From positions 1 through 54,449 of the forward strand of contig NW_024705321.1 of assembly GCF_018977255.1 (NCBI RefSeq): a stretch of 54,449 bases of DNA, written 5' to 3'. Source of the DNA: Callorhinchus milii. Its lineage: Eukaryota. Position numbers and translations under genes: made by a program. Shown here one piece after another: positions 35,961 to 46,800 of the stretch; within the stretch, counting starts at the first letter, position 1; each line of letters begins with the position of its first letter. Under the pieces are notes generated by a model. It had not been told where the DNA came from, ran no database searches, and was given only the letters and a program-made list of their open reading frames with translations.

Positions 35961-37586
35961 CCTTTGTGGGAATATATTATAGCACATCCCACTCCATCTC
36001 TATGCTGTTATATTGGTCGATTGAATATATTATAGTACAAAAATCAAGAATTATTCAATCAAGAAGATTTATTTTGTTGCCTGACATAAAGGTTGGCCAC
36101 CAGTGCTTTACAGGAAACTGCAGTGCTTTGAGATGTTTTGGTGTGATAGGGCACTATGTGAAATGCAAGGATTTTTTGTGTAAGAGAGAAAAATTGATAT
36201 TGCTCCAACGCCTTGGGACATTCTTTCCACATGAAAGGGGCAATATAACCACTGTAAATCTGTATTGATACTTGTGATTACAGTTATAAAGACAACAGAG
36301 GAGAGTGGGGAAATGGCATGGTCGATCAGCATGATTTGTCTCAATGGCTGAATGGCCTGCACTCTTTTTATGTTTGTACAACAGAGACGAGTGTCATTTG
36401 ACTGTACAGTGCTGATTATGGAGGCCTCTGCATGCCGTACCCCATTATGAACAATGTTTGAGATGTTCATGCAGACAAGGCTATACTTGGAGTAAAGTGG
36501 AGGCTTCTTTTATTCATTTGATGATTTTCTGCAGCTCTCTGGTCTACCAGCTTCAGTGTTTGGGGCCATTTTGTGGTGTTATGTTAGAAGGGAATAGTAA
36601 AACCAAAAACTTCAGTTGGAAACTTCCACAGCTTGACTATGCACATGGGACCACAGGGCTGGTTACTTTTGCACCTAAAAATTCAAAATAAAGCTCAGCA
36701 ACTTCCACAAAGGGAATGCATAGCAGTTGCAGCAGAAAATTAAAACACTTTTTTAATAATCATTTCCAATTAATTGATGGATCTCAGCAGCCTGTGAATT
36801 GAGTTTTCAGTGAGTGTCAAGAATCAATGCCTTGTTTCCCCGGGAGCACACTGAGGGAGAGTGCAGCAGCTGCTGTTTGTCTCTTAACTTGTGTCACGTA
36901 CCTCCAGAAAGGAGCTTGCAGTTTTGTGTAGCTCACACCCTTTAATCTCCACCTCCCCAATTTTGGTCTCCCACTCCATCTCTATGAATTGCTTTGAGAC
37001 CTTCTTTGTGAAAGGTGCTATCTAAATGCAGAAACTTGTTATGAATAATAATCTTATGACATCAGTTAATGACTTCAGTGAGGTGATTTCCCCACTACTC
37101 CCCTCCTTTCTCTTTAGTAAACTGCTCACTCAGTGGCTGTGCACTGTTGATCTAGGCTACTGGCTACTGCTGATATTTTTCGCTTGATTACCTACAAACC
37201 TGACCTGTCTCACATGTGACCTCAGTCAATGCAAAACAACTGTAAACTGTGCTGATGGCAGACTGACTGAATGGACAATAGGGTATTAACACTGGATTAA
37301 AACCCAGCAAGAGGCTTTTATTCACACACATCAAGCGCTCCCAGCATCTGACAGCCGATTTATCTGACCGTGCAGTTAGTACTGCTATGGCAGTACATTT
37401 TACAAAAAGTCTGATGTATCAGCACTTTCTATTGTGCATCAGGGTGAGACTGTATTTGCTGGTTTTCATCCCATTTAATCCAGCCCCCATTTCCAAACGG
37501 ATTCAGTTTATTCTTTCAGACCAAGCTGTCCTGCTTGTGTTTTCACAAGTCTGCATTTCCCCTCCTCCACCCCTCCCTGTGTTCAG

Positions 37587-37738
37587 AGTGGAACAGCTGC
37601 TCAATGTTGGTCTCCAGAGCGTGAAGGGTACGGTGGCACTCAAGCCTGTCCTGTCCCATCACTTGCCAGAGAAAGAAATTAACAAATCAGGAAACTTCTC
37701 AGAGAAAAAGAGATCTCTGCTCTTCTTTCCCCTCAAGA
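37587..37738 (+). other. CELF1: 5' UTR part of CELF1 exon 2 (acceptor inferred)
   Basis: Long pyrimidine tract ending gtgttcag at 37586, contiguous with the coding start at 37739. Confidence 0.6.
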
Positions 37739-37809
37739 ATGTCTTCATTCAAATTGGATTTCCTGCCTGAGATGCTGGTGGATCACTGCTCACTGAGCTC
37801 CAGCCCAGT
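37739..37809 (+). CDS. CELF1: CELF1 first coding exon ([24 protein letters not shown])
   Basis: ATG at 37739; GT|gtaagt donor; phase 2 joins 42098 in frame; matches the recalled CELF1 long-isoform N-terminus. Confidence 0.9.
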
Positions 37810-40800
37810 GTAAGTAGAACCCAAAGGTCACTTGATTTATCTAAGTTTCTAAGTGCAAATGTTTTGTAATTGTTCCATCTGCTGCTATGAGCTTCTGCTT
37901 GTACCAAAGTTATGTGAAGAAGGTTCATGCCTTCCAGTGATATGTACCCAATTGGAGGTCAGAAGAGCTGTGGGCTGTCAGTCACCCTAAGGTGGGGCAG
38001 GGGGATTGTCAGTCAGCCTTTGGGCGGGGGGATGTCAGTCAGCCTTTGGGCGGGGGGATGTCAGTCAGCCTTTGGGGGGGATGTCAGTCAGCCTTTGGGG
38101 TAGGAGGGGATGTCGGTCAGCCTTGGGAGTGGGGGTGTATTATTCAGCCTTTGAAGGGAATGGAGTCATGTCAGTCAACCTTTTTTTTTTGGGGGGGGTG
38201 TCAGTCAGCCTTGGGAGGGGGTATGTCAGTCAGCCTGTGGGAAGGGCGGTGGGGGGGATGTGATGCCTGGTGGGGGGGGGTGTTAGTCAGCCTGGGGGGG
38301 AGGGGGGGATGTCAGTCAGCCTTTTGGGGGTGCAATGTCAGTCAGCCTTTGGGGTTAGGGGTGTCAGTCAGCCTTTGGGTGGGGGGATGTTGGCTGACAG
38401 GACAGCCAATGTGGCTGATTGGCAACACTTGGAGGGGCAGACCAGTCGCTCGGGCAGGGACTCTTCCCACTCAGATGTGGTTAATCCTGCAAGCGAAAGC
38501 CCTAATAGTCCTAGCTGGACAAGCAATGGGAAAGCTTGCCAGACAATGCTTTCAATGACATGGTGTTTATATGGTGTTTTAGCTGGTTAGACTCCAGCAG
38601 TTACCCCAACGTACCCTCTTTGGTCCCTAAGCAAAGGCTCTTGCCAACCTGCACCTAATACTTTCTGGAAATAGGTAACCAGGATGTGTCCCTCCAGGGA
38701 GGGAGTGTGCATTCCAATAAATATCACAGGAATTTTCATGTATTGGTCGAATTTCCATGTATATGTTGAACTCGCCCTACGATCGCCTCTGCGATCTCCT
38801 AACCCCCTACCAACCCACCCGGCTCTGGCCTGCTCCACGTCCCCCAACCCACCCACCCACCCCACCATTGGCGGGAGAGCCTTCAGCCACTCTGTCCCCA
38901 ACCTCTGGAATTCCATCCCCCAGTCACTCCGCCTCACCCCCTCCTTATCCTCCTTCAAGTGTTATTAGCTGGAGTTAGATTAGAAGATCAGCCATGATTG
39001 AATGGCAGGGCAGGCTCGAAGGGCTGAATGGCCTACTCCTGCTCCTACATGTTATGCTATGTTAAGCCCCGCCTCAAGACGCTCCTCTTTGACCATACCA
39101 TCGGTCACCCCCTTCCCCTCCGCTCCCTTCCCCCCCGCCCCCGACCCCAGCTCGGGTCTGAAATGCTGTACTCTGTCCAGCGCCTTGAGACGTCCTCCCG
39201 ACATGAAAGGCGCTATACAAATGTAATCTTGTTGTTGAACTCTGTTTGGTCTGGATACTCTTAAGCAAGGTGAGGGGTTACCTCATGCCTGATCCCCCAA
39301 AAATCTTCATTTGATGACAGTGGACTTGAGTTTTGTAACTTGGTTAATTTACAGCAAAATCATCCGCTTGACTCAACTGTTTCCACACTAAATTTGGCTT
39401 TGGAGCTACTGGTTTGTATATCCTCCTATTCGATGGACAGACACCTTGTGCACATTGGACTCATGCAGAACTGGAGGCATACCCAGGTTCCTCCTGGCTA
39501 CAAACTTGACTAGTGGGTTAACTGTGAGCCCGAAGTCTTAACGCTGCAGGCCGATTGATCCTTAAAGCAGAATCTAATGCTGCTATTCTGGATTCTCGGA
39601 ATCAGCAATTGGAAATGGCTAAGTGGTTGTTGCCTTCAGCACTGCATGAGGGGAGCTGTCTGCCTCTGTCAAATCAGAGCATAATTGAAGTGGTAAATAT
39701 TGAATGCATCACTGCAGTAGCCCCATTATTTGCTTCCTGCTCAAAGGAGATTTATATAATAATAATAATAATCCTTGCATTTGATATAGCGCTTTTCACG
39801 TCGGGAGGATGTCCCAAAGCGCTTCACAGAACACACTGTAAAGTGAATTGACTGTATATTTGTGGGCGAACGCGACAGCCAATTGTGCACAGCAATGTCC
39901 TACAAACAGTCGTGGATTGAAAATGACCAATTTATTATAAATTTATTTGTGCAGCTGATATCATTAAAATTGTTTGTGGTCCATCTTAAAATCCCTCCTT
40001 GTGTCAGCACTTCATCTGTGCCCACCCTCGTGTCCAGCACCATTGTTCTGACCAGCTCCTGCTTGAATTCACAGCCTGTAATGATGTACTGTTGTCCAGA
40101 ATGGAATATATAGAAGCAGGTGAAGATATTTGTGCCTGAGCTCGGTTGACTGTTAGCTTTCTGCACTTGGAACTTTTGTACCGGGCCTTTGATTGTGCAC
40201 CTAGCAAACGTATTGGCAGATGTTTCTCACATTATTTCAATGCCTGACTTATCTCTCCATTGGTTGCTTATCTTCTATCTGTTATAATAATAATAATAAT
40301 CCTTGCATTTGATATAGCGCTTTTCACATCGGGAGGACGTCCCAAAGCGCTTCAGAGAACACACTGTAAAGTGAATTGATTGTATATTTGTGGGGGAACG
40401 CGGCAGCCAATTGCGCACAGCAATGTCCCACAAACAGTCGTGGATTGAAAATGACCAATTTATTATTGTTTTTGGTTTTGGAGGGATTATTATTAGGCTC
40501 TGTGTGGAGTAAGGAAACTTGCCCAAGGTTTCGCCCTCTGCCTGGAATTGAACTCAGGTCTCTCACTTGCAAAGCGAGTGCTCTAACCACTGAGCTACAG
40601 GATACAGAAGTATTTCAGCTTAGTTGGCAATTCTGCAATGACTATCTGGGGGCCGGTTCTACATCAGTGCTCTCTCCCTGGTCAGCATTCTGAGACAATA
40701 CCCCACATGAATGAAGCTTGCTATATAAATGCAAGGTGTTGGGTGGTTTTGGTGATCATTCGTTCCTCATCCACCTCAGGAGGCCTGCTTCGAGTCCTAC

Positions 40801-43800
40801 TTTACTGCCATCACTTTGTCTCCTCAAACTCTTACCCACCCCCCCCCCCCCGCCCACCTGTGGGGTACAACGAGGCTCTATCCTTGGACCCCTTCTTTTC
40901 CTTATTTACATGTTCCCTCTCAATGATGCCATCAGCGGTTGAATGTCGACAAGATGGAAGCCATACTCCTTGCCTTCTGTCTGTCCCGCGGCTGAACTCC
41001 TGAACTTCCCAGCCTTTCCCTGAGGCTTTACTGACCTTGTTCGTAACATAGACTTTGGGTTTGATCCCCAGCTCTCCTATCTACCCCACAAGGCTGGCTT
41101 CAGTCTCCTGCTTGTCCTTCATCCACAGCACCATCGGCGGCTGTGCTTTCAGCCAGTACTCCCTGACATTTTGGAACGATCCCTCTGCCTTGCTCCCTCC
41201 TTCCCCATTTTCAGGTCATGCCTGAAGATTTCCTTTTCAACCATGCTTATGGGCACTCGCAGCCGCCCCCCCCCCTCCCCACTTGGTGTCAGGCTCTGCC
41301 ACTGTTAAACTCTCTGAAGCGCTACCATGTGTGAAGGGTGCTATATAAATGCAAATTACTGTTGTTTGAATGTAACTTACAGTCCACAATACTCATCTAT
41401 ACCCTATTTCCTCTATTCAAATAATGCTTACATTTAGTATTTCGCCTTTCATGTTGGGAGGATGTCTCAAACCACTTAACAGGATTTACTTCAGCCGACA
41501 GGAACGCCTCCCTCGTCGCCATTCCACCTGGGCCAGTAGCCACCATGAAGTAAATATAAACTGTGTCCCTTGATGTGAATATAAACATAAATTAAACATT
41601 TGCATTTGATATAGCGCTTTTCACGTCTTCTAGACTATACCTCTGCAGCTGACTCTTAAGTATTTATCTAGTTTCCTCTATTTCATCACTGGAGTCTATA
41701 TAATGCAATGCTTCACCCATCATGCCTATGTGTTCTGAAAACTCTTCACAGTGCTAGACCTCTCCCTGCGTTTAAAGTACTTTTAAAACATATCTCCAGT
41801 TATGCCTTTGGTCAACCTTATTTTCACAGCCTGGTGCCCACCACTCTAATTGTTGAGTACTTCAAAATATCCTTTTCCTGAAGGTGCTAATCAAATACAA
41901 GTTGCTGTTGTGAAGTCATTTTTATTCCATGTACAACATTTCAGTCTGTTTCATTTTCAGCAAGTAGTTGGTGAGTTTAAACTACTGTCTCCAGCCCATT
42001 GCTGTCAAAGTGAAACGTGAACTTTTATCCTTGTCAGACCTGTGCACCATTTCCAGCTTCACTGCAGATTTAGCTTGGATTCTGCTTGATTGTACAGATC
42101 AAAAAAAATGAATGGGACTCTGGATCACCCCGACCAGCCTGACATTGACTCCATTAAGATGTTTGTAGGACAGATTCCACGTTCCTGGTCAGAGAAAGAA
42201 TTGAAAGAACTTTTTGAGCAGTATGGCGCTGTGTACGAAATCAACGTGCTGCGAGATCGAAGTCAGAATCCCCCTCAAAGTAAAGGTGAGTGCTTCTCCC
42301 TGGATCCTTACCTATTCCCAAACTACCGCCGCTTCTCCAACCTCCCTTTCCAAGGTCCTGGAACGAGTTGTTGCTTCTCAGCTTCACTCCTTCCTCTCCC
42401 GTCACTCCCTTCTCTGGTTTCCGTACCGCCCACAGCACAGAAACAGCTCTGGTCAAAGTGACAAATGACATTCTGTTCATCTGTGACCAGGCCTCTCTCT
42501 GCCTCCTCGTCCTGCTTTCGACACCGTCGACCACTATCCTCATCCACCACTCTCCTTTCACCTCAACCCCCACGGCTCTGTCCTTGACTGGTTCAGATCC
42601 TACCTCTCACACCGTCTGCAATTCATCTCCACAAACAGCTTCTCCTCTAGCCCCCGGACGTCTCGTGCGGCGTTCCTCAGGACTCGGTCCTTGGTCCCCT
42701 CCTCTTCAACATCTACATGTTCCCTCTTGGTGACATCATCAGCAGACATGGGGTCAACTTCCACATGTATATGCGGATGACACCCAACTCTCTCTCTCTG
42801 CCCCCCACTTGACTCCAGGATCCACTGCTGTCCTGACAGACAGACCTTGGGGTCTTGTTTGACCCTCAACTATCCTTTCTCCCCCTCATCAGTGCCATGA
42901 CCCGTTCTGCCTTCCCCACCTCTGCAACATTGGCCGGCTCCCACACTGTCTCATGCCGCAGGCCCCGAGACCCTCATACACGCCTTCATTACATGGAGGC
43001 TTCACTACTCAAACTCCTTGCTTGCAGATCATCCAGAACTCTGCAGCCCATGTCCTCTCCTGCACTAGGTTCCATGACCCTATCACCCCATCCTCACCCG
43101 ACTCCACTGGCTTTCCATCACACAGAGGATAAAGTTCAGAATCCTGGTCCTCATCTTCAAAGCCCGCCATGGTCTTGCTCCCCCCAACCTCTTCGACCTC
43201 CTAAACCCCTACCACCCTGATCAGCGGGCTCCAGCTTGCTTCATGTCTGCCGCCTTGCTGGCCCCACTATTGGCGGGCGGGCTTTCCGTCACTCTGCCCC
43301 CACCCTCTGGAACTCCATTCCGCAGGACCTCTGCCACACTCCCTCCCTCGCCACCTTCAAGACCCATCTCAAGACCCTCCTCTTCGACCTGCCTATGATC
43401 TCCCTGCTTCTCCCCCTAACCCCCCTCCCCCACCGCGACCCCCAGCTCGGGTCCGTAACTCTGTCTGTCTAGCGACTTGAGAAGTCCTCCCGACATGAAA
43501 GGTGCTTTACACATGGAATTTTGTTGTTGTTGTTTTGCTTATGAGAGATTAAAGAAACTGGGGCACTCCTTATTAAAACTGAGAAAGGTGAGAACATATC
43601 TGATTGCAGGTTTGACAACAGAGGTCTCCAGATTTTTGTCTTATTTACATATGTTTGTTTTGATCATAGGTTGTTGTTTTGTAACATTTTATACCCGTAA
43701 AGCGGCGTTAGAAGCACAAAATGCTCTTCACAACATGAAGATACTGCCTGGGGTAAGAGATCCTTACTTTCTGTCATAACTGTACCTCAGTAGAAATGTG

Positions 43801-46800
43801 TTGTAAAACCGGTATTGAGCTAATGACAAAAGCTTTAATATCCTTTTCCTAAGTTTAAAGCACCCTGATCCAGTTTCTGGTTTGCACACACTGATGCTGA
43901 TCTTAATACTGCGCATATGCCTGTTTATTATGAATCCTTGGTGAAAAGTTTTGTGTAGCACTGAGGCTGGTAAGAGTGGGGAAGTCAAAGAAAATACCTT
44001 GAAGTTAGTGGCACAAGCTTGCAGCCCAAATCCTGTAGATTGTATGAAAAAGGAGGAGATCCATTGGGGAATGAAGCCAGAGGAGAAGACATTTATGGTA
44101 TTGTCAGAAGTTCACTGACATGAAAGCCATTTGTTGGTGGGGGGATGGTACAGAGGAGACTCATGGTCTAGTCTGAAAGTTGCTTCTAGTTTCCTTGGTT
44201 TACTGATCTCGTTCAGACTTTCTCAATGTTGCCATGTTGCTGTGCGCAGTTCCTGGTCTCACTTGGCTGATGCCTCAGTGTTGCACGTGTTTGGGGAATC
44301 CTTCAAATACAAATAACAAGCACTTAAAATATTTAAATACGAAGCAATTCTCAGAAAGGTTTTAAACCTTTCTGAAAATTGCTTAGTATTTAAATATTTA
44401 TTACCTGGGTTGGGTTGGGCTCAGTGTTTAGCTTTTCTGTCCATTGTGGTCACCCTCAGTCCACATCCAGCTTTAATAATAGTGATAATAATAATCTTTA
44501 GCTTTCACTAAACATACCTCAAAGGTGCAATCAGGACCACGGCCAAGCTGTGCTGCTGGGCGTGTGCGCGGCTGTGCTGCTGGGCGTGTGCGCGGCTGTG
44601 CTGCTGGGCGTGTGCGCGGCTGTGCTGCTGGGCGTGTGCGCGGCTGTGCTGCTGGGCGTGTGCGTGGATGGCTGTGTGCCCTGGACTCAGATGACTGCAT
44701 CTGAACTCCTTCACCTCTGGCGCTCCCTGACAGATCTCCCCTCCTCACTCTCCTTTCTCCACAACTCCCCCTCCTCCATTCTGGACTCTTGNCCCCCTCA
44801 CCTCCCAAACTGCCTCATACTCCCGTAAATCTCCCTGGTACACCAGCCATCTCCGTTCCCTCAAGGCACAAGTGCGAGCTGCCGAACGCGCTGCGCTCTT
44901 GCCTCTGCCAAACCCTCCTTCTACTCCAAGGTCATCTTGGAGGCAAAGGACAACCCCGGCTTCTCTTTTCCACCACTAACCATCTCCTCCGTTCACCTTC
45001 CCATACCTCACCCATCCTCTCCTCAAACGCCAACTGTGAGGAAATACTGGACTTCCTCGAATCCAAAATTGAGGGGATACGTTCAGCCACCTCAGCCCCG
45101 TCCACAGCCACCCCCACATCACCTTTCCCTCATGACCCACCCCCCACCCATCCCCCCTATACTCCTTCGACCCCATCTCTCCCTGCTCCCTCACCGCGAT
45201 TGCTAGCAAACTCAACCCCACCACCTGCTCCCTCGATCCCATCCCCACAACAACAACAACAACAACAAGATTCCATTTATTGAGCGCCTTTCACGTCGGG
45301 AGGACGTCCCAAGGCGCTGTACAGTTGGGTCAGGACCCGAGCCGGGGGGAAATGGTCAGGGTGAGGGGAGGGAAGGGAGAGAGCGAGGAGGGGGTAGAGA
45401 GTCGAGAGGGGAGCTGAAGGCTCGGTCAAAGGGAAAGGTCTTGAGACCGGCCTTGAAGGAGGAAAGGGAGGAAGCGGCGAAGGCACTGGGGGATGGAGTT
45501 CCAGAGCCTCGGGGCTGAGAGGCTGAAGGCCACCGATACAACAACAACAACAAGATTCCATTTATAAAGCGCCTTTCACGTCAGGAGGACGTCCCAAGGC
45601 GCTGCACAGTTGGGTCATGACCCGAGCAGGGGGGAAATGGTCAGGGTGAGGGGAGGGAAGGGAGGGAGCGAGGAGTGGGGAAATGGTCAGGGTGAGGGGA
45701 GGGAAGGGAGGGAGCGAGGAGGGGGAAGAGAGTCGAGAGGGGAGCTGAAGGCTCGGTCAAAGAGAAAGGTTTTGAGACCGGCCTTGAAGGAGGAAAGGGA
45801 GGAAGCGGCGAAGGCACTGGGGGATGGAGTTCCAGAGCCTGGGGCTGAGAGGCTGAAGGCCCGACCACCGATGGTAGGGCGGTTGGGGCGGGGGACGTGG
45901 AGCAGACCGGAGCCAGAGGAACGGAGGGTACGGGCAGGTAGGTAGGGGGATAGTAGGTCGGAGAGGTAGGAGGGAGCGAGGCCGTGAATGGCCTTGTAGG
46001 TGAGGGTGAGGATCTTGAATTCGATCCTCTGGGGGATGGGGAGCCAGTGGAGGGGAGCGAGGGCGAGGGCGAGGGTGGGAGTGATGTGGTCGCGGTGTCT
46101 GGTGCGGGACAGTACACGAGCTGCAGAGTGGAGGGAGGGCCGGGAAGGCCGACGAAGAGAGAGTTCCCATAGTCCAGCCTTGAGGTGATAAAGGCGTGGA
46201 CCAGAGTTTCAGCCGCGTGAGGGATGAGGTAGTGCCGTAGTCTGGTGACATTCCAGAGATGATGGAAGGCGGTGCCAGTTGTGGTGCGGATATGGGGGAG
46301 AAAGGACAGCTCAGGGTCGAGGGGAACCCCAAGGTTCCTGATGGCTTTGAGAGGTGGAGAGTGCGGAGCTGATGCTGTCAGCGCCTGAGGTGCGGAGGCG
46401 CTGACGTGAGCCAATCAGGAGGGCCTCAGTTTTGCGTACGTAGAGCTGAAGAAAGTTATCTCTCGTCCAGGACTCGATGTCGGACAGTCAGCTGTCAGGA
46501 CATCGGGGGTCGTGGAGTTGAGGGTAGAGGAGGAAAGGTAGAGTTGGGTGTCATCCGCATACATGTGGGAGTTAACCCCATGTCTGCGGATGATGTCACC
46601 ACAGGGGGAGCATATAGAGGGTGAAGAGGAGGGGACCGAGGACAGAGCCTTGAGGGACACCGCACAAGACAGTGCGGGGGGGGGGGGGGAGGAAAAACCA
46701 TTTGAGGAGACAAAGTGAAGACGGTGGGAGAGGTACGACCTAAACCACTCAAGGACAGGGCCTTGAAGGTTTAGGTGGGAGGACAAGCGGTGGAGGAGGA

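Noticed and set aside
42090..42461. ORF-track version of CELF1 continuing [15 protein letters not shown]...
   Set aside because: Read-through past the 42285 donor into L2 sequence.
44792..44792. Single N base
   Set aside because: Assembly ambiguity, not biology; flanking L2 sequence appears continuous.
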